A stretch of 64,000 nucleotides of DNA from an uncultured Chloroflexia bacterium (GTDB lineage Bacteria; Chloroflexota; Limnocylindria; QHBO01). The stretch is taken from NCBI GenBank assembly GCA_963825525.1, contig CAWGTN010000002.1, forward strand, positions 576,001-640,000, given 5' to 3'. Positions 10,223-20,061 of the stretch are shown here, one piece after another. The stretch's first letter is position 1. Each line of letters starts with the position of its first letter. The notes beneath the pieces were generated by a model, which did no database searches, had not been told where the DNA came from, and saw only the letters and a list, made by a program, of their open reading frames with translations. The position numbers were made by a program, and so were the translations under genes.

Positions 10223-10636
10223 TCAGATGGCGCGCATCCGGTTGTTGCGCGGGTTGTGCTCGACTTCTGCCAGGCCGAGTGCCTCGAGGAGCGGCGGCAT
10301 GTACATCCCGAACCGGCCGCGGTAGCCCTTTCGCAGGCCGTACCAGCCGCCGACCGGGTTCGAGGAGTCGCGCCCCCACGCCTCTACGCTGCCCTCGGGC
10401 GCGTCCTTCTTCTCGTCCGACGCGCCGAGCGGCACCCAGTCACCCTGCTCCTTGAGCCAGGCATGCAGGTCGTCGATGGCCCGCAGCTGATACGTCAGCT
10501 TCGTGGACCCGACCTGGCACACGATCTGGGGCGGATCGGCCGTCTCGTCGCGGTACATCTCATACGCGCTCGTTCCCGGCGGCGTCGTGAGCTGCCACGG
10601 GTCCTCCTTGGTGCCGCTTCCCTGCGTCGTGCTCAT
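10223..10636 (-). CDS. Conserved hypothetical protein (DUF6855-like)
   Basis: GTKEDPWQLTTPPG..CQVGST..WGR..NPVGGWYGLRKGYRGRFGMY..NNRMRA; ATGA overlap with the upstream SRPBCC gene; family assignment from recall. Confidence 0.75.
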   Translation of the reverse strand: MSTTQGSGTKEDPWQLTTPPGTSAYEMYRDETADPPQIVCQVGSTKLTYQLRAIDDLHAWLKEQGDWVPLGASDEKKDAPEGSVEAWGRDSSNPVGGWYGLRKGYRGRFGMYMPPLLEALGLAEVEHNPRNNRMRAI

Positions 10637-11067
10637 CCCTGCGGTCCTCCTGCCTCTGCCTGGCGTTTGGTTCCCTCGACGAACTTCGCGAACGATGGGC
10701 CGAGGTCCGGCATCGATCGCCACATCATGCCCAGCAACGGCCCGGTGTACTCCTCGCGGACGGTGAAGTCCGTTCGACCATCCCCGGTCGGAGTGAGCGT
10801 GAAGGTCCGAACGCCACGGAAGAGCCCGAGGGGCATCCCGCCCGACCACTCCATGTGCGTGGCGGGCTTCCAGCCGCTCACCTTGACCGGGAACGTCCGG
10901 TCGGGGTTCGCCTCGGAGACGACCTTGATCGTCTCACCGGGCGCGATGGTGCCCTCGACTCGAACGACTCCGTTCTCCCAGCCCGCGTAGCCCGGAGCAT
11001 CGGTGATGATCGACCAGATGGTCTCGGGATCGGCGCCGATGCTGGCGCGTGCCTCGTAGAACTTCAT
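10633..11067 (-). CDS. SRPBCC (polyketide cyclase-like) domain protein
   Basis: IGADPETIWSIITD...W, WSGGMPLGLFRGVRTF, REEYTGPL. Confidence 0.85.
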   Translation of the reverse strand: MKFYEARASIGADPETIWSIITDAPGYAGWENGVVRVEGTIAPGETIKVVSEANPDRTFPVKVSGWKPATHMEWSGGMPLGLFRGVRTFTLTPTGDGRTDFTVREEYTGPLLGMMWRSMPDLGPSFAKFVEGTKRQAEAGGPQG

Positions 11068-11525
11068 TCGTGTCCCTCCGATGTGAACCGATTCGCCTCA
11101 TGCGTGAAATGCGGCAGCAGGCTCCCCCATCCGCCGCGATTGGCGTCCCGCCGTCCCTCGCCGTCCTCGCGGACGCGCTCCCAGCCGCGATGCTCGATCT
11201 CGACGCGGGTCATCGTCTCGCCAGCCTCCACGAACCGGATCTCGACCTCCGTGGCGTCCATCGGATCGGCCTTCAGGTGCCAGAGGTACGCGAGGCGGTG
11301 CGGCGGCTCCCAGGCCAGGATCCTTCCCCAGTCGTGCTCCTCGCCGGCTGACGTCCGCTCATAGATCCGGCCGCCAACCCGCCCCTCGAACAGCACCGCC
11401 AGCCCGGCCGCGCCGCTGACCGTGTGCGAGCCCGGCCACCACGTCGACGTCCGCTCGGTCCAGGTCGCAAAGGCATGCGCTGGGGGGCATCGGACCTCGA
11501 AGCTGAGGCGAATCGGCTCGATCAT
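11064..11525 (-). CDS. SRPBCC/AHSA1-like domain protein
   Basis: MIEPIRLSFEVRCPPAHAFATWT..WWP..WGRILAWEPPHRL..TEVEIRF..EHRGWE..GW. Confidence 0.85.
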   Translation of the reverse strand: MIEPIRLSFEVRCPPAHAFATWTERTSTWWPGSHTVSGAAGLAVLFEGRVGGRIYERTSAGEEHDWGRILAWEPPHRLAYLWHLKADPMDATEVEIRFVEAGETMTRVEIEHRGWERVREDGEGRRDANRGGWGSLLPHFTHEANRFTSEGHE

Positions 11526-11845
11526 CGCCGCTCTCGCGTGTTCTCGGCGGTGATCCGAAACCGAGCGCTGGCCTCTCCCCATACGCGCTCGAGATAGGCA
11601 CGAGCGTCCGCGACGCCCATGTCGTCGAGCCGATACAGCCGCCGCGCCCCGTCCCGCTGCTCGGACACAAGCCCTGCCTCGCGCAACACGCGAAGATGCT
11701 GCGAGACGGCGGGGCGGCTCACCGGAAGATCGTCGGAGATCTCGCGCACCGAGCGCGGGCCGGGCTTGAGCAGCTCGACGATCGCGCGGCGCGTCGGATC
11801 GCCGAGGGCGGTGAACGGATCGCGGGGTGCCGAAGCAGCTTTCAC
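11522..11845 (-). CDS. ArsR/SmtB family transcriptional regulator
   Basis: FTALGDPTRRAIVELL..VSRPAVSQHLRVLREAGLV..GARRLYRL; start at GTG 11845 is inferred. Confidence 0.9.
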   Translation of the reverse strand: MKAASAPRDPFTALGDPTRRAIVELLKPGPRSVREISDDLPVSRPAVSQHLRVLREAGLVSEQRDGARRLYRLDDMGVADARAYLERVWGEASARFRITAENTRERR

Positions 11846-11855
11846 GGCTCCAACG

Positions 11856-11888
11856 GTAAGCGATTGCTTACGGTAAGGCAACCCTTAC
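11856..11888. promoter_or_regulatory. Tandem 6-4-6 palindromic operator (GTAAGC-gatt-GCTTAC, G, GTAAGG-caac-CCTTAC)
   Basis: Two perfect palindromes at 17-bp period immediately upstream of the ArsR gene. Confidence 0.75.
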
Positions 11889-11891
11889 GGC

Positions 11892-12776
11892 TCAGCCCAG
11901 GTAGGAGAGGTCCATCGGCCGCGGCGTGACACCGAAGGCGCGCTCGAACGCGTCGGGCTCGGTGTAGTTCGGCCGCTGCAGCGAGCTGATCTGGTCGTGG
12001 CTGACCGGGAAGATCGGCAGTACCTTGTCGGTCACCGCGGTGAGGGCGCTGATGAGCGGGATCGGCATGCCCAGCTTCAAGCGCCTCATGCCGGTGGTCC
12101 GGCTCACCGCGTCCACGATCTCGCGATACGTCACCCATTCCGGGCCACCGAGCTCGTACACCGACTTCGAGCGACCCGCGTCGGTCACGCTCTGCTCGAT
12201 GCCGACCGCCAGATCATCGACCGACAGCGGCTGAAACCGTGCGTCGCCCTTGCCCGGGATGACAACGACCCCGGGCGACCACCACTTCAGCGTCGTCTTC
12301 ACCAGGTTGAAGAACCCGTCACCCTTCCCGAAGAGGAGCGAGGGACGCAGGACGACCCAGTCGAGCGAGCTGTCACGAACCGCCTGCTCGCCGAGCCACT
12401 TCGAGTACAGGTAGCCGAGCTTCGGTTCGTCGGTGACGCCCATGGCCGATAGATGGACGAAGCGCTTGACGCCCGCGCGCTCCGCTGCCTCGACGGCCCG
12501 CCGAGTGCCGTCCACGTTGATCTTCCCGAAGCTCTTGCCGCGGCTCTCGCGCGCGATGGCGACCAGGTGCACGACCGCATCGGCACCCTGGATCGCCGCG
12601 TCGAGGTTCTGCGCGGTCACGTCGCCGGCCCGGGCATCGACGCCATCGGTCCACTCCGGCAACCGTCGCCCGTCGCGCGAGACCGCGATGACGCGGTGGC
12701 CCGCCTTCACCAGGTGCGGAACGAGATGGCTGCCGACGAACCCGGTCGCGCCGATCACGGCAATGGTGCTGCTCAT
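11892..12776 (-). CDS. NAD-dependent epimerase/atypical SDR (NDUFA9-like)
   Basis: GATGFVGS, VHLVAI, YLYSKWLGE, LRPSLLFG, FQPLSVDD. Confidence 0.88.
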   Translation of the reverse strand: MSSTIAVIGATGFVGSHLVPHLVKAGHRVIAVSRDGRRLPEWTDGVDARAGDVTAQNLDAAIQGADAVVHLVAIARESRGKSFGKINVDGTRRAVEAAERAGVKRFVHLSAMGVTDEPKLGYLYSKWLGEQAVRDSSLDWVVLRPSLLFGKGDGFFNLVKTTLKWWSPGVVVIPGKGDARFQPLSVDDLAVGIEQSVTDAGRSKSVYELGGPEWVTYREIVDAVSRTTGMRRLKLGMPIPLISALTAVTDKVLPIFPVSHDQISSLQRPNYTEPDAFERAFGVTPRPMDLSYLG

Positions 12777-12855
12777 GGCTTCCAGTATCCTCTTGGTTCT
12801 TGCTACTGTCCAGTCGCACGTTTTCGGCTCTTCGGAGTCTGGTACGGTCGCAGCC

Positions 12856-14431
12856 ATGGCCTCCATCACGTCGCCGAATGGCATGGTTGCTACTCCCCAT
12901 CCCCTCGCCACGGCCGCTGGCGTCGAAGCCCTGCAGACGGGCGGCACGGCCATGGACGCAGCCGTGGCGGCCAATGCGATGCTGGCCGTGGTCTACGCCA
13001 ACGCCTGCGGTCTTGGCGGCGACGCGTTCGCGCTGATCTGGGACGCTGGCGAGGGCCAGCTTCACGGCTTCAACGGCAGCGGCCGCTCCCCCGCCGGCCT
13101 GAGCATCGGGGCGGTTCGCGATGCCGGCCACGGTGCCATGCCGGCCAGGGGTCCGTTGACCATCACCGTCCCGGGCGCGGTGGACGCCTGGGCACAGCTG
13201 CTCGAGCGCTTCGGGCGCCTCACCCTGGCCGATGCCGTTCTGCCCGCGGCCCGCACCGCCGACGGGGGCTATCCACTCACGCGGATCACGGCCCGATCGA
13301 TCGCGAGCGGGCTGCCGACCTTCGACGCGGAAGCGCGGGCGGTGTTCGAGCACGCCGGGAGTGCCGGTGACCGCTTCCGCCAGCCGCTGCTGGCTGCGTC
13401 GCTGCGCGCGATCGCCGATGGTGGCCGGGAGGCCTACTACGGTGGCCCTATCGGCGAGGAGATCGCGCGCTCCATCCACGATGCCGGCGGCGTGATGACG
13501 GCCGAGGACATCGCGGCGCACCACGGCGAATGGGTCGACCCGATCTCCACGACCTACCACGGCGTCGAGGTGGCCACGCTTCCGCCCAACTCGCAGGGCA
13601 TCGCGGCGCTGATGGCACTGAACATCCTGCAGACCCTCGATTGGCCAGACCGGTGCGCCGATGAGTGCCGATCGGCTTCACGCGCAGGTCGAGGCGCTCA
13701 AGGTGGCCTGGAGCGAGCGCGACCGATGCGTCGCCGACCCGGATCGCGGCCACGCCGATGTCGACCAGCTCCTGTCAGCCGAGCACACCGGGTGGCTCGC
13801 GTCGCGCCTGTCGCCCGATCGGGCTCAGCGCTTCGTGCCCACCAACCGCCCTGGCGGCGGTACGGTCTACCTGTGTGCCGCCGATGCCGACGGCATGATG
13901 GTCAGCCTGATCGAGTCGAACTACATGGGCTTCGGCTCGGGGATCATGGGCGGGTCGACGGGGATCATGCTCCACAACCGCGGTGCGTCCTTCACGCTGG
14001 ATGCCTCCCACCCGAACGCGCTGGCGCCGAGCTCGCGGCCGCTCCACACCCTGATGCCCGGCATGTTGCTGCGCAACGGCGTCGCCGAGGTCGCGCTGGG
14101 CTCGATGGGCGGCGACGCTCAGCCGCACATCATGGTCCAGCTTGTCACGGGGCTGGTGGACGACGGTTTGGATCCGCAGTCGGCCGTCGACCGGCCGCGT
14201 TTCGTGCTCGAGACCGAGGCGGCACAGCAACCGCTGGGACCAGTCCGCATCGAGGCCGATGGCGTGGACGAGCCAACCATTGCGCAGCTGGAGGCCCGCG
14301 GCCACGAGGTATCCACGGTCGAGGCCCGGACGCCGCTCACGGGCTGGTCGCAGGTCATCCGCCGCCGCCCGGACGGCTCCTACGAAGGCGGCGCGGACCC
14401 CCGGGCCGACTCGCTCGCCGCCGGCGTATGA
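12856..14431 (+). CDS. ggt: Gamma-glutamyltransferase family protein (frameshift near 13650, probable sequencing error)
   Basis: GMVATPHPLA..GGTAMDAAVA..CGLGGDAF..TVPGAVDAW..PPNSQG; continues in ORF 13661..14431 with nucleophile GGTVYL, HNRG, RPLHTL, GSMGGDAQP, GADPR. Confidence 0.9.
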
Positions 14432-14476
14432 CCCCGGCGCATGGCGCAATGGACCCTGTCCGAGAGCCGCGCATCT

Positions 14477-14607
14477 GCCAAATTCATACGGGGTGCTCAC
14501 AACCTATCCCGATCCCCCCAGATCCAGCCAACCTGCAGGGCGAGAGCCGCAAACGGCAAAGACTCGCGGGTTTTCAGACGTTCGTGCGGCGGTGGTATGA
14601 ATTTGGC
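14477..14607. repeat. 131-bp intergenic element, family B, copy 2 (ends GCCAAATTCATAC...GTATGAATTTGGC)
   Basis: Perfect 13-bp terminal inverted repeat; homologous to 7834..7964. Confidence 0.75.
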
Positions 14608-14699
14608 GAGAACGGTGCGAGCGCCGGCCAGCGCGCGACATCCGGCCGATGCGCGCCGATGAGTTTCGATGACAGGATCGGTCTAGAATGCAGAACTCC

Positions 14700-15635
14700 A
14701 TGACGACCTCCGAATCACTTGTCCATGCCCGCGGCCTGACCAAGCGCTACGCGAACGGCTTCACCGCCGTCGATGGCGTCGACTTCGACGTGCGCCCCGG
14801 CAAGGCGTTCGGCTTCCTCGGCCCGAACGGTGCCGGCAAGACGAGCACCATGCGGATGATCGCCTGCTCCTCGCCGGTGAGCGACGGGACGTTGAGCGTG
14901 ATCGGCATGGATCCGCGCACCCAGGCCCGCGAGATCAAGGCGCGGCTGGGCGTCGTGCCGCAGATCGACAACCTCGACACCGAGCTGACGGTCCGCGAGA
15001 ACCTCGAGATGTACGCGCGCTACTTCGACATTCCGCGCGCCGTTGCCGACAAGCGGACGAAGGAGCTCCTGGAGTTCGTCCAGCTCGACGAGCGAGCCAC
15101 GGACCAGGTCGAGCCACTGTCCGGCGGCATGAAGCGCCGCCTGACCATCGCACGTGCCCTCATCAACGAGCCGGACCTCGTGATCCTGGACGAGCCGACG
15201 ACGGGCCTCGACCCGCAGGCCCGCCACCTCCTCTGGGAGCGCCTCTACCAGCTCAAGCGCCGCGGGGCGACGCTCATCATCACCACGCACTACATGGACG
15301 AGGCGGAGCAGCTGTGCGATCACCTCGTCGTCATGGACAAGGCGAAGATCGTGGCCGAGGGATCGCCGCGTCAGCTCATCGACCAGCACTCCACCAAGGA
15401 GGTGCTCGAGCTGCGATTCACCGATGCCACGCGTGAGGGCCTCAACGGCCAGCTCGACGGCCTCGCCGACCGGATCGAGGAGCTGCCGGACCGGCACCTG
15501 CTCTACACCGAGAACGGCGAGCGGACGCTCGAGCTGGTGAACGAGCGTCAGATTCCCATCGAGAGCGCGCTCGTGCGCCGATCGAGCATGGAGGACGTCT
15601 TCCTGCGCCTGACCGGCCGCTCGCTGGTCGAATAG
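14700..15635 (+). CDS. ABC-2 exporter ATP-binding protein (NodI-like)
   Basis: GPNGAGKT Walker A, LSGGMKRR, ILDEPTTGLDP, TTHYMDEA. Confidence 0.93.
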   Translation: MTTSESLVHARGLTKRYANGFTAVDGVDFDVRPGKAFGFLGPNGAGKTSTMRMIACSSPVSDGTLSVIGMDPRTQAREIKARLGVVPQIDNLDTELTVRENLEMYARYFDIPRAVADKRTKELLEFVQLDERATDQVEPLSGGMKRRLTIARALINEPDLVILDEPTTGLDPQARHLLWERLYQLKRRGATLIITTHYMDEAEQLCDHLVVMDKAKIVAEGSPRQLIDQHSTKEVLELRFTDATREGLNGQLDGLADRIEELPDRHLLYTENGERTLELVNERQIPIESALVRRSSMEDVFLRLTGRSLVE

Positions 15636-15642
15636 GCACCCC

Positions 15643-16422
15643 ATGACCGTTCTCGTCGCGTCGGGCCGCGTCTGGCAGCGCAACTGGCTCGTCTACCGGC
15701 GTCTCTGGCATCGGAGCCTGGCCTTCGGATTCCTCCAGCCGGTGCTGTTCCTGACCGCCATGGGGCTCGGGATCGGCTCGCTGCTGGGGACCAATGACCT
15801 GGCGGCCTTCGGCGGCGTCCCATACATCCACTGGCTCGGGCCGGGCCTGCTGGCGGCCATGGCCATGCAGACCTCCACCTTCGAGTCCACCTACCCGATC
15901 ATGGGCAAGATCATGTGGGGCCGGAACTACGAGGCGATGCTTGCTACGCCCCTCGGTGTGCGGAGCATCGTCTTCGGTGAGCTGGCGTGGAGCGCCTTCC
16001 GCATCGGCACCCTGGCGGCCGTCTTCCTGGTCGTCCTGACCCTGTTCGGGATCGTCCGCACCCCGCTGGCGATCCTCGCCATTCCGGTCGCGACCCTGGT
16101 CGGGGTGGCCTTCAGCTCGTGTCTCATCGCCTTCACCGCAACCCAGAAGAACGACGTGGGCTTCAGCGCCATCTTCCGCTTCGTGATCAACCCGCTGTTC
16201 CTGCTCAGTGGCACGTTCTTCCCGTTGAGCAACCTGCCCGAGCCCGCCCAATGGATCGCCTGGCTCACACCGCTGTACCACGGTGTCCAGCTCATCCGCG
16301 GCTCGATCCTCGACCAGCTGGATCCCGTGACCGCCCCGCTACATATGGCGTATCTGCTGGCGATGTTCGCGATCGGCGCCTACCTCGCCGACCGCAACCT
16401 CACGAAGCGGATGGCGGGCTGA
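15643..16422 (+). CDS. ABC-2 permease (NodJ-like)
   Basis: Six hydrophobic segments, PGLLAAMAM, PLFLLSGTFFP, TPLYHGV. Confidence 0.9.
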   Translation: MTVLVASGRVWQRNWLVYRRLWHRSLAFGFLQPVLFLTAMGLGIGSLLGTNDLAAFGGVPYIHWLGPGLLAAMAMQTSTFESTYPIMGKIMWGRNYEAMLATPLGVRSIVFGELAWSAFRIGTLAAVFLVVLTLFGIVRTPLAILAIPVATLVGVAFSSCLIAFTATQKNDVGFSAIFRFVINPLFLLSGTFFPLSNLPEPAQWIAWLTPLYHGVQLIRGSILDQLDPVTAPLHMAYLLAMFAIGAYLADRNLTKRMAG

Positions 16423-17246
16423 TGACGGCGATCACGCAACCCGCACACGCCGGTTCGCTGGCCAATGCCTGGAGCCGGATCTGGCGTGCCCGCCGCCTGG
16501 TCGAGCGCAACATCATGGTCTACCGCCACCAGTGGATCATCATCTTCTCCGGCGTCTTCGAGCCGATCTTCTACCTCGTCGGCATCGGCCTGGGGCTTGG
16601 CGCGATCATTCGCGAGGTGCCGCTGGCGAACGGCGAGGTGGTCGCATACGCGGCCTTCGTTGCACCGGCGCTGGTGGCGACCGCCGCCATGAACGGGGCG
16701 GTGTTCGAGACGATCTTCAACGTCTTCTTCAAGCTCAACTACGCGAAGACGTACGACGGTGTGCTTGCCACGCCGATGGGAATCACGGAGATCGCGATCG
16801 GCGAGATGCTGTGGGCGCTCATGCGGGCCGCGCTCTACGCGGTGGCCATGTTCGTGATCATGCTGTTCATGGGCCTGATCCTGTCGCCACTGGGCATCCT
16901 CATGATCCCCGCCGCGCTGCTGGTGGCCGCGGCCTTCGCTGCCGCCGGCCTGGCGGGTACCTCGTTCCTTCGCACCGTGAACGACTTCGACGTGCCGATG
17001 GGGCTGATCGTGATGCCGATGTTCCTGTTCAGCGGCACGTTCTTCCCAATCGAGGCCGCGCTGCCGGGATGGCTGGTCACCATCATCCAGTTCACGCCGC
17101 TCTACCACGGCATCAACCTCATCCGCGGCCTCTCGACCGGGATCGTGGGTCTGGGGCAGGTCTGGGATCTCCTCTACCTCGTGGCGTTCTTCGCACTCGG
17201 CATGTGGATCGCGATCCACCAGATGGAGCGCAAGCTCATCAAGTAG
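16422..17246 (+). CDS. ABC-2 permease (NodJ-like), second subunit
   Basis: TGATG coupling; SGVFEPIFYL, AMNGAVFE, PMFLFSGTFFP, TPLYHG. Confidence 0.9.
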   Translation: MTAITQPAHAGSLANAWSRIWRARRLVERNIMVYRHQWIIIFSGVFEPIFYLVGIGLGLGAIIREVPLANGEVVAYAAFVAPALVATAAMNGAVFETIFNVFFKLNYAKTYDGVLATPMGITEIAIGEMLWALMRAALYAVAMFVIMLFMGLILSPLGILMIPAALLVAAAFAAAGLAGTSFLRTVNDFDVPMGLIVMPMFLFSGTFFPIEAALPGWLVTIIQFTPLYHGINLIRGLSTGIVGLGQVWDLLYLVAFFALGMWIAIHQMERKLIK

Positions 17247-17294
17247 CGTGGGGTGCCGCGCGGACGGCGGCTCTACGCCTGCCGAACGCCTTCC

Positions 17295-17418
17295 CGCCAA
17301 CTGCACGCCTGGTTCGCATTAGCCGGCCGGTGAGGGACGCATCGGCTTCGGCCGAGCGTGAATCAGGCCCTGCTCCGCATCCGCGGCCCGCTAATGCGAA
17401 CCAGGACGGCGGTTGTCC
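17295..17418. repeat. 124-bp palindromic element, family A, diverged copy, followed by a partial arm at ~17437-17467
   Basis: CAACTGCACGCCTGGTTCGCATTAGC...GCTAATGCGAACCAGGACGGCGGTTG; same arms and length as the copies at 31698 and 31992. Confidence 0.8.
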
Positions 17419-17494
17419 AAACGCAGCCGCCGATCCTGACAACCGCCCGGCTGACGCGCATATGACGAGATCGGCTGCGGCGAGGATGGGCCGG

Positions 17495-18796
17495 CTAGAC
17501 GAGGCGGCGACGGGGCTCGGCGGCGGCCGCATCGGCGCGGCGGTAGGACTCGGCCAGGATGGTGATGGGGTGGACCGTCGGGACGCCCGACGACTGCTCG
17601 ATCTGCCAGCGGCACGTCTCCGAGTCGCATGCCGCTCGCGAGGCCCCGGCAGCCTTCGCTGCACGCACCTTCTCGAACAGGGGCGCACCCACGTCATGGG
17701 CGATCTGCCAGCGCTCGGCCTTGAGCCCGTACGTCCCGGCCGCACCACAGCAGTCGTGATCGGAATCGGTGGCGCGCAGCCCGGGCACCAGGCCGAACAG
17801 CTCCATTGCCGGCAGCCCGATCCCGTGCGACTTGAGCTGGCAGGGCGGGTGGTACGGGAGCGGCTCGGCAATCGGCGCGAAGCCGGTGTCGAGCTCGCCG
17901 CGGTCGTGGAGATCGACGAGCAGCTCGCAGATGTCCCAGGTCGCATCGGCCACGGCAGTGGCATCTGCGTCGACCAGGTCGAGCATCTCGCGATACTCCG
18001 CCTTCAGCGCATGCGTGCACGACGTCGAGGTTCCGACGATCCGGTACCCCGCCCTCGCGTACTCCGCCAGTGACCCGAGGTTGCGTCGCGCCTTCTCGCG
18101 CGCCTGCGGGTAGAGCCCATTGGAGATGAACGGCAGGCCGCAGCACTCCTGGCGCGGCACGATCACCGTGAATCCGTTGCGCTCCAGGATCTCGACCGCG
18201 TCGCGGCCCAGGTCGGGCTCGAACCCGTTCACCGCGCAGCCGTGGAAGTAGACGACGGTGCGCGACGGGTCGTCTCCGGCGGCAAGGGTGGTGCGTCGCC
18301 GCTGCCGCTTCCACCACGATCCGAAGGTTCGACGCGCGAAGGGCGCCAGCGGCCCGCGCCGGTGAATCCCGAGCGTCTTCTCGCCGAACCAGCGCGCCAG
18401 ACGGTTCTTCAGGCCGATGTTCGCCAGCAGCGAGACCGGGACTCCCAGGCGGATCAGGAGATCGGTGTCGCTGATGAGCCGATTGCGGAGGCTGCTCCCC
18501 CGTTCCTCGACGATGGCCGCCCGCGCGCGGTTGTTCGTCTCGGCGATCAGGACGCCGGCCGGGCAGGCGCGGGTGCAGATCCCGCAGCCCGAGCACAGGT
18601 CCACGCTGTGGTCGGGGGCGTCCGACCCGACTCCCGGCCCTCGGAAGCGCTGCGCCTGCGGCCCGACATACTTCGGCCCCGGAAACTCGTCGGTGACGCG
18701 CGACACCGGGCAGGCCGTGTTGCAGACGTTGCACTTGATGCAGGCGTCGGTGCTGAACGGCGGGAACTCGCGGGTGGCGGCGTCATGGAACGTCAT
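17495..18796 (-). CDS. glpC: Anaerobic glycerol-3-phosphate dehydrogenase subunit C
   Basis: CIKCNVCNTACP..FPGPKYVGP, CSGCGICTRACP, two CCG domains, CETCRWQI. Confidence 0.93.
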   Translation of the reverse strand: MTFHDAATREFPPFSTDACIKCNVCNTACPVSRVTDEFPGPKYVGPQAQRFRGPGVGSDAPDHSVDLCSGCGICTRACPAGVLIAETNNRARAAIVEERGSSLRNRLISDTDLLIRLGVPVSLLANIGLKNRLARWFGEKTLGIHRRGPLAPFARRTFGSWWKRQRRRTTLAAGDDPSRTVVYFHGCAVNGFEPDLGRDAVEILERNGFTVIVPRQECCGLPFISNGLYPQAREKARRNLGSLAEYARAGYRIVGTSTSCTHALKAEYREMLDLVDADATAVADATWDICELLVDLHDRGELDTGFAPIAEPLPYHPPCQLKSHGIGLPAMELFGLVPGLRATDSDHDCCGAAGTYGLKAERWQIAHDVGAPLFEKVRAAKAAGASRAACDSETCRWQIEQSSGVPTVHPITILAESYRRADAAAAEPRRRLV

Positions 18797-20061
18797 GCGG
18801 CTGCCCTCCGGTCCGCCAGCGAACGCGCGACCGCGTGCGCGCTGGCGATCGCCACCCCGTCGCCGCAGCGCTCATCGAGATAGCGCATGCCAGCGAGCGC
18901 GGAGCCGATGACCTGGACGTTCTCGAGGAGCGGGCCGCCCTCGGCATCCACCGGCCTCATCCGGTCGTCGACCGCGATGCCGAGCGACTCGATCGGGTGC
19001 GGCTGGAGAGGGTCATCGCTGAACCAGGCGTCGTCAGCGGGGGCGGTGACCGGAAGGCCGAAGACCCGCTCCTCGAGACGGCGACCCGGATGAGCCCGAA
19101 TCCCCTCGCCGGCGATCCCGCCCGTCGCGAGCACGAAGTGATCGGCGGCCAGGCGCAGGGTCCGCGAGGCCGCCTCGGTGTGGACCGCGGTGATCAACGA
19201 ACCGCGTCGCTCCACCTCCACCACGTCGAACCCGACCTGGATCCGTCCCCCAGCGGCCAGCAGGGCGGCCCGCAGCGCGTCGAACAGCCTCACGCCCGGG
19301 ATGGAGGGCGGCAGGCTCGGCATCTCGAACACGCGATGACCGAGCGCGCGCTCGGTGTCGCGGTGAACGGCCGCATGGTCCGTCACGCCGAGCACGGCGG
19401 GGAACCCGACGCGCCACGCACCGGCGGGCATCGCCCGCGCCATCACGCGCAATGCGTCGGCACGCCAGGTCGGATCGTCGAACCGGACGGCGAGATTCCG
19501 CGCGTTGAGGTTGTCCAGGGCACCGAGGCCAGGCAACTCAACCTCGATGGCCTCGATCCGGGATGGCCCGTGGTCCCAGTCCGAGGCGGCGAGGTTTCGC
19601 GCGGCGTACCCGGCCCATGCATCCCGATACCGGCCGATTCCCACCAGGAGCAGGCCCTCGTCCTCCCATGGTTCGGCTGCGGCGGCCTGTCCCGGCGGAA
19701 GGATGGCAGCGCGACGGAGCGCGCCGATCGGCGTCGGAATCGGCACGAGCGGGCTGTCGAGGTCACCGATCGGGGCGAGGCCCGCGTGGGCGAGCCGAGT
19801 GCGCTGCGCCTCGAGCGCCCCGGCCACGAGCGGCTCCAACCGCGCATACGGGTGCTCCCGCATGGCGGACAGTGCCCGAATGCCAGCTCGCGGCGTCGCC
19901 GCGCCTGCCACCGATGCCACGTCGGTTCCGCCATGGGTCCAGTGCGTGCTTGCCATGCCCTTGGCTGCCAGGAACACGGAGGCGCCGCGCTCCGCAAGCT
20001 CGGCCGCGCAGGCGAGCCCGGACAGGCCGGCACCGATGACCACGACGTCAGCGCTCGGCAT
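18793..20061 (-). CDS. glpB: Anaerobic glycerol-3-phosphate dehydrogenase subunit B
   Basis: DVVVIGAGLSG, PAVLG, EMPSLPPSIPGVRL, VLATGG, CGDGVAI; lies between glpA and glpC. Confidence 0.92.
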   Translation of the reverse strand: MPSADVVVIGAGLSGLACAAELAERGASVFLAAKGMASTHWTHGGTDVASVAGAATPRAGIRALSAMREHPYARLEPLVAGALEAQRTRLAHAGLAPIGDLDSPLVPIPTPIGALRRAAILPPGQAAAAEPWEDEGLLLVGIGRYRDAWAGYAARNLAASDWDHGPSRIEAIEVELPGLGALDNLNARNLAVRFDDPTWRADALRVMARAMPAGAWRVGFPAVLGVTDHAAVHRDTERALGHRVFEMPSLPPSIPGVRLFDALRAALLAAGGRIQVGFDVVEVERRGSLITAVHTEAASRTLRLAADHFVLATGGIAGEGIRAHPGRRLEERVFGLPVTAPADDAWFSDDPLQPHPIESLGIAVDDRMRPVDAEGGPLLENVQVIGSALAGMRYLDERCGDGVAIASAHAVARSLADRRAAA

